The translations under genes were made by a program, and so were the position numbers. Of a stretch of DNA of 64,000 nt, positions 36,225 to 47,017 are shown one piece after another. The DNA is from Candidatus Heimdallarchaeota archaeon (GTDB taxonomy: Archaea > Asgardarchaeota > Heimdallarchaeia > JABLTI01): NCBI GenBank assembly GCA_018238155.1, contig JABCTZ010000003.1, positions 1 through 64,000 of the forward strand, in the 5' to 3' direction. Below the pieces are notes generated by a model that was given only the letters and a program-made list of their open reading frames with translations, did no database searches and was not told the origin of the DNA. The number at the start of each line of letters is the position of its first letter. The first letter of the stretch is position 1.

Positions 36225-39185
36225 ATGACACACGAAAATACAGACGAAAGTTTCTATTTAGAATACAAACCAAAATACAAAGTATATCATGAATTAATGG
36301 CAAAGCGATTGACTAATGTGCTGTTGGTTTCAAGTATTTATGATAGTTTTATGTTAGAAGAGGATGGAAGACTCTCTGATCAAATATATGAAGAATTTCA
36401 GAATTTGAATCTACGAACATTGCCTAGAATTACTAGGGTTTCATCTGCAAGAGAAGCACTTGATTTACTACAAAAAAAGAAGTATGATCTCGTCATAACT
36501 ATGAGACGAGTAGGTGATATGGATGCTTTCTCATTTGGCAGTGCAGTTAAAAAAATCCGTGAAATTCCTGTAATATTATTACTAAATAGTGTTGTAGAAA
36601 TAAAGTACCTACCAGGTCCTGAAAATAGAGGTGGAGTTGATAGGACATTCGTTTGGAACGGTGACTCTAAAATATTTGTTGCAATCATTAAACATCTAGA
36701 AGATAAACTGAATGCTGATTATGACACTAAAACAGGTCAAGTAAGAGTATTCATTTTTGTAGATGACTCAGTCAGATTTTATTCATTATTGTTGCCCGAA
36801 TTGTATGCAGAGATAATGATGCAAACACATAGATTGATTTCTGAAGGGACAAATGACTTTCAAGATTTACTGAAAATGAAAGTAAGACCAAAAATCTTGT
36901 TGGCCGAAACTTACGAAGAAGCTATTGAATATTATAATAAATACAATAAATATGTTATGGGTATTATCTCAGATATTGAATTTACTAGAAAAGGCGAGTT
37001 AGATAAATCCGCCGGATTTTCTTTTACAGCTAAAATTCAAAAAGATTGGCCAAATATGCCTATAATTTTGCTCTCGAGTAAAGATTCTTACCGAAAGAAA
37101 GCTATGAAAAATAATTGTTATTTTATACACAAAAGATCACACGGGATGTTATGGGATATACGTAAATGGTTGTTAGATTACGTTGGATTTGGTGATTTTA
37201 TTTTCAAATTACCAAATGGAAAACAAATTGGAAAAGCTAGAGATGTAATAGATTTTCATAAAAAAATCGCTAAAGTTCCAATTGATTCATTAATTTATCA
37301 TGGCACAAATGATCACTTTTCAAATTGGTTAATAGCAAGAGGAGAATTCGAAATAGCTCAGATATTGAAACCTAGAAAAGTTTCTGAATTTTTCAGAGGT
37401 GAATTGAGAGATTTCCTTCGGAATACCATTAACGAAATTGTGCTTGAAAAAACTAGAGGAATAATTAATGATTTCTCTAGAAATAACTATCATCCAGAAA
37501 CATTGTTTCTAAGATTAAGACCAGGCTCATTGGGTGGAAAAGGAAGAGGAATTGCTTTCTTAATGTTTCTTTTGAATACCTTTCTCTCTCCAAAAGAGTT
37601 CGAAAAGGTTTCAATTGAAATACCAAAAACAATTGTAATTGGTACTGATGAATTTGATAAATTTATGGCGAATAACAATCTGTATGATTTTGCTCTATCG
37701 GAAGCATCGGATCAAATAATTAAAGATAAATTTGTTGCTGCAAAACTCTCTTCCAAATTAAAAGATGATTTAAAATTTCTATTGAAAAAATTAAAGGGAC
37801 CATTAGCAGTAAGATCTTCAAGTTTATTTGAAGATTCTGCATATCAACCTTTTGCCGGAATTTTCAAAACATACATGATACCAAATATAGGTCCAAATAA
37901 TGCTCGACGCTTAGAGCAGTTATTTACTGCAATAAAATTGGTTTATGCTTCTCCATTCCTAAAAATCGCTAAATCCTATGCTGATTCAATCGGACAAACA
38001 GTCGAAGAATCCAAAATGGCTGTTGTAATTCAAAACGTGGTAGGGCATGAGCACAATAATCGCTTCTATCCTGACTTTTCTGGAACTGCTACTTCGTACA
38101 ACTACTATCCTTTGGGAGATAATATGAAACCAGAAGACCGAATTGCTCATATCGCTTTAGGGTTAGGTAAAATTATTGTAGATGGCGGAGCAGTACTTCA
38201 TTTCTGTCCAAAATACCCAAAAACAAATTTCTATTCAACACCTGATATTTTACTAAATCAAAGCCAAAGAGAATTCTACGCTATTGATATGACTAAAGAA
38301 GAATTTGATTTTTCCACTGACGACCCATTTCTTATTCAGCTTGATTTTGATGCCGCAATTCAAGATAAAACCCTGACAAAGATTGCAGATACATATGATT
38401 TCAACAATAAAATGTTAAGATCAGGTTATTTTGGTGAAGGTTCTCCTGTAATTACTTTTAATAAGCAATTGAAATTAGAGACTTTACCTTTATCAGATAT
38501 CATTACTAGAATCCTTTCTCTTGGTGAACAAGCTATGGGTTGTTCAATAGAAGTTGAATTTGCGGGTAATTTCAGTCAAAAATCTGATGAAAAGGATAAG
38601 ATCTATTTATTACAGATTCGACCTTTCTTGCGCCAAGAAGCCCAACTATTAGAGGATTCAGAACCAGTTGAAATTGAACAAATTTTTGTTTATTCAAATC
38701 AAGTATCTGGTAATATGGTTCGAAAGGACATTCAAAATATCGTCTATGTTAAACAAGAATCTTTCAATAAAATGAATACACTAGACATTGTTCAAGAGTT
38801 AGATAAAATAAATGCAAATCTAGTAAAAAATAATATTCCATATATTCTCATAGGCTTCGGTAGGTGGGGGACCGCTGATAGATTTCTTGGTATTCCTGCT
38901 AAATGGAATAATCTAAGTGGTGCAAAAATAATCATAGAAGCAGAATTAGCGAATTTTCAAGTTGACTTTTCGCAAGGAAGTCATTTCTTCCAAAACATCA
39001 TAACTTCAAATATTGGTTATTTTCATCTGAAGCATAATTTGCAAGATCACAAAATCGATTGGTCTTGGTTAGAAAAACAAAAGGTTATTACTGAAACGAA
39101 ATATTTGAAACATGTTCAAGTAAAATCTCCTCTTATAATAAGGATAGATGCTCAAAAAAGAGAAGGTTATATTATAAAACCTTAA
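36225..39185 (+). CDS. PEP/pyruvate-binding (PPDK_N-type) protein with N-terminal receiver-like domains
   Basis: GSLGGKGRG, AVRSSSLFED, FAGIF.T, MAVVIQ, LGLG, LQIRP, GRWGT and SQGSHFF motifs. Confidence 0.85.
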   Translation: MTHENTDESFYLEYKPKYKVYHELMAKRLTNVLLVSSIYDSFMLEEDGRLSDQIYEEFQNLNLRTLPRITRVSSAREALDLLQKKKYDLVITMRRVGDMDAFSFGSAVKKIREIPVILLLNSVVEIKYLPGPENRGGVDRTFVWNGDSKIFVAIIKHLEDKLNADYDTKTGQVRVFIFVDDSVRFYSLLLPELYAEIMMQTHRLISEGTNDFQDLLKMKVRPKILLAETYEEAIEYYNKYNKYVMGIISDIEFTRKGELDKSAGFSFTAKIQKDWPNMPIILLSSKDSYRKKAMKNNCYFIHKRSHGMLWDIRKWLLDYVGFGDFIFKLPNGKQIGKARDVIDFHKKIAKVPIDSLIYHGTNDHFSNWLIARGEFEIAQILKPRKVSEFFRGELRDFLRNTINEIVLEKTRGIINDFSRNNYHPETLFLRLRPGSLGGKGRGIAFLMFLLNTFLSPKEFEKVSIEIPKTIVIGTDEFDKFMANNNLYDFALSEASDQIIKDKFVAAKLSSKLKDDLKFLLKKLKGPLAVRSSSLFEDSAYQPFAGIFKTYMIPNIGPNNARRLEQLFTAIKLVYASPFLKIAKSYADSIGQTVEESKMAVVIQNVVGHEHNNRFYPDFSGTATSYNYYPLGDNMKPEDRIAHIALGLGKIIVDGGAVLHFCPKYPKTNFYSTPDILLNQSQREFYAIDMTKEEFDFSTDDPFLIQLDFDAAIQDKTLTKIADTYDFNNKMLRSGYFGEGSPVITFNKQLKLETLPLSDIITRILSLGEQAMGCSIEVEFAGNFSQKSDEKDKIYLLQIRPFLRQEAQLLEDSEPVEIEQIFVYSNQVSGNMVRKDIQNIVYVKQESFNKMNTLDIVQELDKINANLVKNNIPYILIGFGRWGTADRFLGIPAKWNNLSGAKIIIEAELANFQVDFSQGSHFFQNIITSNIGYFHLKHNLQDHKIDWSWLEKQKVITETKYLKHVQVKSPLIIRIDAQKREGYIIKP

Positions 39186-39214
39186 ATTAAGTTAGTAAGT
39201 TAGAATAGTAATTT

Positions 39215-40015
39215 GTGGAAAAACTTCGCGGAGCCATAATCAAAATGCAATTATTTCCCTTAAGCACACCTTTGATAACAACTGATGATACTCTCTATGC
39301 TGTAATATTAAACGCTTTAAAATCCGCAAAGGTTACTTTGCAAGATGGTGATGTTTTAACAATTGCGAGTAAAATAGTTAGTGTCACAAGAGGATTGATT
39401 GTTCATAGTGCTGATATCGAGATTTCTGAAGAAGCTAAAAAGTATTCTGAAATAACTAAACTTTCACCTGAATTTATGGAAGTATCAATTAGGGAATCAG
39501 ATGAGATTTTAGGTGCTTGTTGGGGTGCTCTTTTAACGAAACGTCAAAACAATTTGATGCCAAATGCCGGTGCAGACCAAAGCAATGCTCCGGATGACAT
39601 TATCATTATTCTTCCCAAAGACCCATCAAAAATTGCTCGAGATATTCAAAAATTCCTTGAAGGAGAATTCAATTGTAAATTAGGCATTATTATAGGCGAT
39701 AGTCGTGTTCAACCATTACGACGAGGAACAAGTGGTATAGCTTTAGGTGTTGCCGGTTTTGTGCCAGTTATTGATGACCGTGGTAGACGAGACTTGTATG
39801 GTCGAGAAATGAAAATGACTAGAAGAGCGATTGCAGATAATCTAATGTCTGCTGCAGAAATTCTTTCAGGGGAAGTAGATGAAAAAGTACCTTTGGTTTT
39901 GATACGTGGTGCTCCTATAATTCTTACAGATGAAGATTTAACGGAAACAATGTCAATTCCGCCGAATGAATGTATGTATTTCAGTACATTTCTGAAACGC
40001 AATAAAGAAGAGTAG
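39215..40015 (+). CDS. cofE: Coenzyme F420-0:L-glutamate ligase
   Basis: DGD...ASKIVS, NAG.D.SN, P.DP..A, DS...P.R.G..G.A.G and D.RG..DLYGR motifs. Confidence 0.9.
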   Translation: MEKLRGAIIKMQLFPLSTPLITTDDTLYAVILNALKSAKVTLQDGDVLTIASKIVSVTRGLIVHSADIEISEEAKKYSEITKLSPEFMEVSIRESDEILGACWGALLTKRQNNLMPNAGADQSNAPDDIIIILPKDPSKIARDIQKFLEGEFNCKLGIIIGDSRVQPLRRGTSGIALGVAGFVPVIDDRGRRDLYGREMKMTRRAIADNLMSAAEILSGEVDEKVPLVLIRGAPIILTDEDLTETMSIPPNECMYFSTFLKRNKEE

Positions 40016-40031
40016 TGCTCGTATCAGTTAG

Positions 40032-40700
40032 GTGATTTGCTTGACAACAAAAATATCTGTTTTCATTAGTAGAATCAACACTCATTACGGTGAACAGAAA
40101 TGGACTCGTTGGCGCGAACCGGTAGGAGAGCTAGTTCGAACCATTCTCTCTCAAAACACTACTGATAAAAATAGCTTAAAAGCATACGCAAATCTAATAA
40201 AAAAATACCCTACATGGGAAGATCTAATTCTTGCTGAAGAAAAAGAAATTGCTGAAATAATTAGAAGTGGTGGATTAGCAAATATTAAAGCTAAAAAAAT
40301 AAAAAAAGCACTCATTGAAATAAAACAGCAGAGAGGTACAATCGACTTAGAATTCCTTGCTAATTTTGATGTTCAAAAAGCAGAAGAATACCTTGTTTCA
40401 TTTGATGGTGTTGGACCAAAAACAGCTGCTTGTGTGCTAATCTTTTCATTCAATTTTCCAATCATGCCTGTAGATACTCATGTTCATAGAGTCTGCAATC
40501 GTTTGGGTATGGTTTCAACTAAAAGCAGGGAGAAAACTCAAGAGTTGATGAAATCTCTTATTCCTTCTGAAGAAATGTACAATTTCCATTTGAATATCAT
40601 AGAACACGGCAGAAAGGTCTGCAAAGCTGGAAAACCAAGATGCTCTGAGTGTTTTTTAAATGATCTCTGTGCCTTTTATACCGTTACCACGGGAAAATAA
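40032..40700 (+). CDS. nth: Endonuclease III (HhH-GPD, 4Fe-4S)
   Basis: ILSQNT, GVGPKTA, VDTHV.RV and Cx6CxxCx5C motifs. Confidence 0.9.
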   Translation: MICLTTKISVFISRINTHYGEQKWTRWREPVGELVRTILSQNTTDKNSLKAYANLIKKYPTWEDLILAEEKEIAEIIRSGGLANIKAKKIKKALIEIKQQRGTIDLEFLANFDVQKAEEYLVSFDGVGPKTAACVLIFSFNFPIMPVDTHVHRVCNRLGMVSTKSREKTQELMKSLIPSEEMYNFHLNIIEHGRKVCKAGKPRCSECFLNDLCAFYTVTTGK

Positions 40701-40788
40701 TTCTTAATCTTTAATAAAAGAATAAACCTAATCATTTTAAGAGTGTAATACGATATATTCTCTAAGAAATATCGAAAGCATAACTTGC

Positions 40789-41283
40789 TTGGATGGATGG
40801 CAATTGATTCAGGAAACAAACAACTTACTGGTTCAGGAAATTACTGCTCAGAATGTTTTAAATTGGTTGTTACCTGCTATCGGCACTGTTGCTGCCATTG
40901 CTTTATTGGTTTATTTATGGCGTTATATGCGGAAAGAAAATCATGCGGGAAGAATTTCGGATTTCAATGAAAAAGCATTTAAAAAACTAATCAAGGAAGG
41001 AGAACAACCTGGATTTTGTGAAGATTGTAAAATTCCTATGAGAGTGGAAATCCATTATAAAGACTTTATGAAAGACACAGGTGATTTTTTGGTGAACCGA
41101 GAAACAGCTATTCATACTTTGAAATCTTTTGTTGACTGTTCACGCATGTCTCAAGAGGATATGGATTCAATATTACTTTTCTTTGATTCTCATCCTAAGC
41201 TTGAGCAACAGCTATTCAAGCGATATAAATGTCCAAATTGCAACAAATTGACCGTTTTACCATATCTTCAATCATCAGATTAA
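40789..41283 (+). CDS. Membrane-anchored protein with a split zinc finger
   Basis: One TM; CEDC and CPNC separated by about 65 aa. Confidence 0.65.
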   Translation: MDGWQLIQETNNLLVQEITAQNVLNWLLPAIGTVAAIALLVYLWRYMRKENHAGRISDFNEKAFKKLIKEGEQPGFCEDCKIPMRVEIHYKDFMKDTGDFLVNRETAIHTLKSFVDCSRMSQEDMDSILLFFDSHPKLEQQLFKRYKCPNCNKLTVLPYLQSSD

Positions 41284-41371
41284 ATCGTTTTTAAATGTTT
41301 AAATTGCAATGAACCGTAACAATTTTATTTGATTACACTTTGATTTCAATATCAAATCAGGAGTAGTCTTA

Positions 41372-42358
41372 ATGGAATTACTAGCAATTTTCTTTATTCT
41401 TATTCCTATTGCCCTCGCAATAGGTATTTTAGCAGCACTCATTGGTATTGGCGGTGGAGTGTTAATGGTTCCAATCCTCGCTTATGTTGTTTTTGAAGTA
41501 ATGGTTATTGGTACCGCAGAAATTATCTCAGACCCAAATTTAATTATGAAATATGCGACAACGATTTCAAGTTCGGTGATTATATTTACCGGATTATCAA
41601 GTACTGTTGCGTTCAGTATACAGAAACGAGTTGATTTTGTTGTGGGTGGATTATCTGCAGTATTTGCTGTTGGTGGAGCAATACTGGGAAAATGGACACA
41701 AACACAATTTGATAATACTGTTTTATCTATTATTTTTGCCGTGTTGTTGATAGCAACTTCTATTAGAATGTTTTACAAAGTGCTGACACATTATTTACAG
41801 AATAAAAAACAATCTGCTGATACTCTTGAAGAAGAAGAAGAAGAAGATTGCGAACCAGTTTCTTTCCAAGAAATTGCAACACCCTCTGATCTTCGTCAAG
41901 AAACTTCAATATGGATGAAACTAACTCGTAACAGAGTTCTTGAAGATAATTGTAATGAAACTTGGAATTATGATGCTAAATTATATCTGACTCCATTAGC
42001 ATTCGCCGGTGGATTTGTTGCTGGAATTGCCGGGTTGGGTGGGGGCATTGTCATGGTGCCTATACTCCATATAGCTATTGGTTTACCGATGCATTTTGCA
42101 GCAGCAACATCTGCATTTGTAATGATTTTTTCATCGATTTCAGCTGTCTCTACAGCAGCAATTAAACAAGTGGTAAATATGAATATTATTTGGTGGCCAT
42201 ATGTTGCTGGGCTAGTTGTTGGCATAATCATTGGCACTCAAATTGGAGCATTATTTGCAAAACGGATGAAGTCTCAACCATTAAAAATTATTTTTGCTAC
42301 TGCAATGTTAACTGTTGGAATTTGGTCTATTATTAAAGCAGCATTATTAATTGCTTGA
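41372..42358 (+). CDS. TauE/SafE (TSUP) family transporter
   Basis: Duplicated G.GGG..MVP motif and ATS motif; about 8 TM. Confidence 0.9.
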   Translation: MELLAIFFILIPIALAIGILAALIGIGGGVLMVPILAYVVFEVMVIGTAEIISDPNLIMKYATTISSSVIIFTGLSSTVAFSIQKRVDFVVGGLSAVFAVGGAILGKWTQTQFDNTVLSIIFAVLLIATSIRMFYKVLTHYLQNKKQSADTLEEEEEEDCEPVSFQEIATPSDLRQETSIWMKLTRNRVLEDNCNETWNYDAKLYLTPLAFAGGFVAGIAGLGGGIVMVPILHIAIGLPMHFAAATSAFVMIFSSISAVSTAAIKQVVNMNIIWWPYVAGLVVGIIIGTQIGALFAKRMKSQPLKIIFATAMLTVGIWSIIKAALLIA

Positions 42359-42491
42359 TAGGGGAATTAAATTTTTATTCTTCTATTTTTCTTTTTCTTT
42401 CAAAAACATCTCAAATGGAAAACATTATTAGTACCTATTCTATTCCGTAGATGTAAGTTCGTCCCCTCATAGAACTTACAATTAGGATGGT

Positions 42492-42923
42492 ATGGAAATG
42501 ACTGAAGTAACTGATTTACACGTACTAGCAAAGATGTCAAATGGAACCCCAAATGAGGATGATGCATTTATACTTAGAGATTCAGGTAATGGTGAAACAA
42601 AAATCAAAATTCACAGCTTACATGAACTCGTTGATGTATTATCTGCCATTCCAACTGCTGAAATTTTTCCTGCCCTATGTAGAATAGATAACGGGGATTT
42701 TGAATGTGATATTGCTTTATGGATCCATTATGTTCTCGGTGATGCTGTTTTATCAGCAAAAATTCTAAACCTAGTTAGTGAATATCACAGTAATCCTGAA
42801 AGGTTGAGACTTGAGACATTCAATTTGTGTTTTAATAGGTATCTCAATTTTCAAGAAATAACACTATATTCTGATGACCTAATTCACCTCAATGATGAGA
42901 AAGTTCCTCCTACAGACATCTAA
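42492..42923 (+). CDS. DUF5752-like small protein
   Basis: AF.L......I.SL.EL...L......D.A.WI..VLGD..L pattern. Confidence 0.6.
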   Translation: MEMTEVTDLHVLAKMSNGTPNEDDAFILRDSGNGETKIKIHSLHELVDVLSAIPTAEIFPALCRIDNGDFECDIALWIHYVLGDAVLSAKILNLVSEYHSNPERLRLETFNLCFNRYLNFQEITLYSDDLIHLNDEKVPPTDI

Positions 42924-43097
42924 TTTAGTAATAAACCTCTCGTTTTCCAGTTAAGCCTTCAAATAATCTTTTTTGATAGTAAAGTTTCAAAAAGAAAGTG
43001 TAGAAGCAGTTCTTCCTTGTTTTATTAACCGCTTTCTTTAATATTACCTGAAATCAAAGGTATAATTAGACTAATTTTAATTGGAGGAAAAAAACAA

Positions 43098-44096
43098 ATG
43101 AAATATCGTAGTGTAGGAAAAAGTGGTTTAAAAATAAGTGAAATTTCATTAGGTTCATGGTTGACTTATGGTGGAACCGTTGAAAATGAAATAGCAAAAA
43201 AATGTATGGCTGTAGCGATTGAACAAGGAGTTAATTTTATTGATTCAGCAGAAATCTATGCAAAAGGAGATGCTGAAAAAGTTATTGCTGAATTCTTAGC
43301 TGAAGGGACAGTGGATCGTAAAGATCTAGTTATTTCTAGCAAAGTTTTCTGGCCAATGAGTGAAGATATGAATCGGTGGGGTTTAGGTAGAAAGAATATT
43401 AAGAATGCTATTGAAGGAACACTCGAGCGATTGAATCTCGATTATATTGATATCTATTATATGCATCGATATGATTACATGACCCCTGTCAAAGAAACAA
43501 TCGAAGTTCTCGATGATCTTGTTCGAGATGGGAAAATTCACTATTGGGGAACTTCTGTTTGGACTGCAGCACAATTAGAACGAGCTAATGCTGTTGCTAA
43601 AGAATTGAAAGCTCACAAACCCATTGTTGAGCAACCAATGTATAATATGTTTAGCAGGCACATAGAATTAGAGATTATGTCCGTAGCAAAAACTCATGGT
43701 ATGGGTTTTACTGTCTGGTCTCCATTGGGTCAGGGTTTATTGACTGGAAAATACAATGATGGTATTCCCGAAGGAAGCAGAGGTAGTAGATCAGAATCAA
43801 TTAAAAAATATCTCACTGATGAAAATTTGTTGAAAATCAAAAAACTTGGCGAGATAGCTAAAACACTTGACATTACAATGGGTCAGTTAGCTTTAGCTTG
43901 GATTCTAAGACGACCTGAAATTTCTGCTGCAATAATTGGTGCATCAAAACCAGAGCATGTTATTGAAAATGTTAAAGCTTCTGATGTTACTTTAACTAAA
44001 GATATTTTAGAACAAATTGAAGAGATATTGGTTAATGAACCTGAATGGCCTCTTACTTATAAACCAAATAAATACTTTTTAGACAAGATGAGATAA
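43098..44096 (+). CDS. Aldo/keto reductase (Kv-beta-like)
   Basis: SLGSWLT, D.AE.Y, SSKVFW, YIDIYYMH and WSPL.QGLLTGKY motifs. Confidence 0.93.
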   Translation: MKYRSVGKSGLKISEISLGSWLTYGGTVENEIAKKCMAVAIEQGVNFIDSAEIYAKGDAEKVIAEFLAEGTVDRKDLVISSKVFWPMSEDMNRWGLGRKNIKNAIEGTLERLNLDYIDIYYMHRYDYMTPVKETIEVLDDLVRDGKIHYWGTSVWTAAQLERANAVAKELKAHKPIVEQPMYNMFSRHIELEIMSVAKTHGMGFTVWSPLGQGLLTGKYNDGIPEGSRGSRSESIKKYLTDENLLKIKKLGEIAKTLDITMGQLALAWILRRPEISAAIIGASKPEHVIENVKASDVTLTKDILEQIEEILVNEPEWPLTYKPNKYFLDKMR

Positions 44097-44203
44097 GAAA
44101 CCCTCTTATCTTCCTCTTTCTTCACACACTAAAACATTGTAGAATAATTGAATTTATTTAGCATATAACAATTCTTTTATATGACATATATTTCACATCA
44201 TTT

Positions 44204-44749
44204 ATGATTCCAATTTTTTCACTAACCAAAATACTCGATTCTCTAGTTCTTATGCAAATAGTACTAGAGGGATCTATGCATGGGTATGCTTTGACTTCTT
44301 CTATAGAGGAAAAATTTGGTTGGAAACCAAGTCAAACAGCGGTCTATAATACACTTCGCTCTCTGGAGAACGAAAACATGGTTTCTGTTGAAGAAAGAAT
44401 CGAAAAAGGACGTGCTCAGAAAGTTTATTCAATAACAGAACGGGGACGACAATCCTTCGAAGAGACTCGAAAGGAAATGAAAAAACATGTAATGAAGAAT
44501 TTTTCACAATTCCTTTCATTTGCTCAGCTGGTGAGTGAAATAGAGAATTTGGAGGAATCAGAAATTTTTCAAAAGAGAATTTACGATATATCAGAAAATT
44601 TGAGGAGCATTTATCTTCTGATATTTCTGCTAACAAAAGAAGCTCCTGTGGAAGCTCAGATATTTATTGAGGATACTCTTACTTCCCTCAAAAATCTAGC
44701 TGAAAAATTAGATATTAAATTCCAAGAAGAGGAAAATACTGTTGAATGA
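44204..44749 (+). CDS. PadR family transcriptional regulator
   Basis: HGY.L, VY..L..LE and K.Y.IT..G motifs; directly upstream of the ABC exporter. Confidence 0.88.
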   Translation: MIPIFSLTKILDSLVLMQIVLEGSMHGYALTSSIEEKFGWKPSQTAVYNTLRSLENENMVSVEERIEKGRAQKVYSITERGRQSFEETRKEMKKHVMKNFSQFLSFAQLVSEIENLEESEIFQKRIYDISENLRSIYLLIFLLTKEAPVEAQIFIEDTLTSLKNLAEKLDIKFQEEENTVE

Positions 44750-44776
44750 ATATAATAAAATTGGAGTAAAAAATCT

Positions 44777-47017
44777 ATGATTAAATTATTAAAATATACA
44801 AAACCATATCTGCTCTTGGTTCTTTTTTCCATTGGCTTATTAGCTGCACAAGCAAACCTAGACTTAGCTTTACCTGATTATCTTTCCGACATAATTGATA
44901 CCGGAATTCAACAAGGTGGTGTTGAAAGCGCAGTCCCAATTGCATTTCGTCAAAGTGAGTTGGACCGAATTTTTATTTTCACACCCTCGGATAATCATAC
45001 CACCGTGCTTGCAGAATATACTTTAGTAGATGAAAACTCGTCAGATTATGATACTTATATTGATGATTACCCCGTACTTGAGAATGAGTCAATATTAGTT
45101 TTAAATAAAATTAAACAAGACAAGAAAGATGAGCTTCATCAGATACTAGTAGAACCTACTGTAGTTGTTTTTACTCTGAAACAAGCACTGGCTAATCCGG
45201 AAAATGCGACTATGGTATGGATTGCCCTGAATATTTCAGATCCTACAGGTCTTACTGAGGAAATTTTCTTTAGTATTTTAGAAGGCTTGCCGCTTGCTAA
45301 TCGAATGCTTCTTTCCCAAGCAATCACCAAGAATTTCAAAGCAATAGGAGAGACCATGCTTGACCAAATCGCTGCTCTTGCCGTGGGGTTAGAATATGAA
45401 ATAATAGGGTTAGATATCGATAAATTACAGAGTAATTATATCTTCAAAGCTGGGGGATTGATGCTACTAATGACTCTGCTTTCTGTGCTTTGTACGGTCA
45501 CGGTAAGCTTTCTTGCATCAAGAACGGCTGCAGGGATGGCTCGAGATATTCGTAGTGATTTATTCAAAAAAGTTGAAAACTTTTCAAGTAACGAATTTGA
45601 TACTTTTTCAACCGCTTCATTAATCACTCGTTCTACCAACGATGTTACTCAAATTCAATCAGTTACTGTTATGATAATTCGAATGGTTTTCTATGCACCT
45701 ATCTTAGGTGTAGGAGGAATACTTCGAGCATTGGATAAAAGTTCCTCAATGTGGTGGCTTATTGCTATTGCAGTTGGTGTATTGATATTGTTAGTACTGA
45801 TTGTCTTTTTCATTGCTGTGCCAAAATTCAACAAAATGCAAGCTCTAACAGATCGTATCAATTTAGTTGCTCGTGAAAATCTAATCGGTATGCTGGTTAT
45901 TCGCGCATTTAATAGAGAAAAAATTGAAGAAAAGCGATTTGACAACGCAAACAAAGATTTGACATCTGTTATATTGTTTATCAATAGAGTGATGGTTATT
46001 CTGATGCCAATTATGATGCTAATTATGAATGGTCTAATGATCAGCATTATTTGGATAGGCTCACATGAAGTCGATGCAGCCGCTATGCAAGTAGGTGATA
46101 TGATGGCATTCATGCAGTACGCAATGTTGATTGTATTTGCATTTCTGATGTTAACAATGATGTTTATCATTTTGCCTAGAGCCGTGGTATCCGGAAGACG
46201 TATCAACGAAGTGTTAGTCACAAAGCCAACAATCACGGACCCAGAGGACCCAAAAATCTTTTCTGAATCTTTCAAAGGAACAATCGAATTCCGAAATGTT
46301 TCGTTCAAATATCCGGGTGCAAAGAAAAATGTTTTACAGAACATTACTTTTACTGCCCAACCTGGTCAAACGACTGCACTTATTGGGGCAACCGGTTCAG
46401 GAAAATCAACTGTTATAAATCTAATTCCAAGATTCTATGATGTAACTTCAGGTTCAATTCGGATTGATGGAATAGACATTAGGAAAGTGTCTCAACATGA
46501 TTTAAGGGACAAGATAGGGTATGTTCCTCAAAAGAGTTCTTTATTCTCAGGTACTATTGGAAGCAATTTGCTTTTTGCAAATGAAGATGCGACAGATGAA
46601 GAACTTAAATCTGCATTAGAAATTGCACAAGCAACAGAGTTTGTTTTTGACAAATCTAATGGATTGGATCGTGAAATTGCCCAAGGTGGAATGAATGTTT
46701 CAGGCGGGCAAAAACAACGTCTTTCTATTGCCCGTGCATTGGTTAAGAAACCACCAATATACATTTTTGATGATAGCGTTTCTGCTCTAGACTTTAAAAC
46801 TGATGCTGCTTTACGCAGAGCTCTCAAGGAAAAGACTGGAAATAGTACAGTACTAATGGTCACACAACGTGTTTCCACAATAAAAAATGCAGAGCAAATT
46901 CTAGTGATAGATGAAGGAAAAATTGTTAATAAAGGCACTCATGATGAATTGATGAAAACATGTGATATCTACAAAGAAATTGCTGTTTCACAACTTGAAT
47001 TGGAGGAATTTGCTTGA
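44777..47017 (+). CDS. Heterodimeric ABC exporter, subunit 1 (degenerate site, large extracellular loop)
   Basis: TMD+NBD; GATGSGKS, SGGQ, DDSVSALD and Q in the switch. Confidence 0.92.
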   Translation: MIKLLKYTKPYLLLVLFSIGLLAAQANLDLALPDYLSDIIDTGIQQGGVESAVPIAFRQSELDRIFIFTPSDNHTTVLAEYTLVDENSSDYDTYIDDYPVLENESILVLNKIKQDKKDELHQILVEPTVVVFTLKQALANPENATMVWIALNISDPTGLTEEIFFSILEGLPLANRMLLSQAITKNFKAIGETMLDQIAALAVGLEYEIIGLDIDKLQSNYIFKAGGLMLLMTLLSVLCTVTVSFLASRTAAGMARDIRSDLFKKVENFSSNEFDTFSTASLITRSTNDVTQIQSVTVMIIRMVFYAPILGVGGILRALDKSSSMWWLIAIAVGVLILLVLIVFFIAVPKFNKMQALTDRINLVARENLIGMLVIRAFNREKIEEKRFDNANKDLTSVILFINRVMVILMPIMMLIMNGLMISIIWIGSHEVDAAAMQVGDMMAFMQYAMLIVFAFLMLTMMFIILPRAVVSGRRINEVLVTKPTITDPEDPKIFSESFKGTIEFRNVSFKYPGAKKNVLQNITFTAQPGQTTALIGATGSGKSTVINLIPRFYDVTSGSIRIDGIDIRKVSQHDLRDKIGYVPQKSSLFSGTIGSNLLFANEDATDEELKSALEIAQATEFVFDKSNGLDREIAQGGMNVSGGQKQRLSIARALVKKPPIYIFDDSVSALDFKTDAALRRALKEKTGNSTVLMVTQRVSTIKNAEQILVIDEGKIVNKGTHDELMKTCDIYKEIAVSQLELEEFA

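Noticed and set aside
41826-41850. (GAA)n microsatellite as a phase-variation switch
   Set aside because: It is an in-frame poly-Glu in a TSUP cytoplasmic loop, and slippage would not shift the frame.
45691-46938. Long antisense ORFs (217 aa, 136 aa) and the other short overlapping ORFs in the track
   Set aside because: They are shadows of well-supported genes on the opposite strand or frame, with no motifs of their own.
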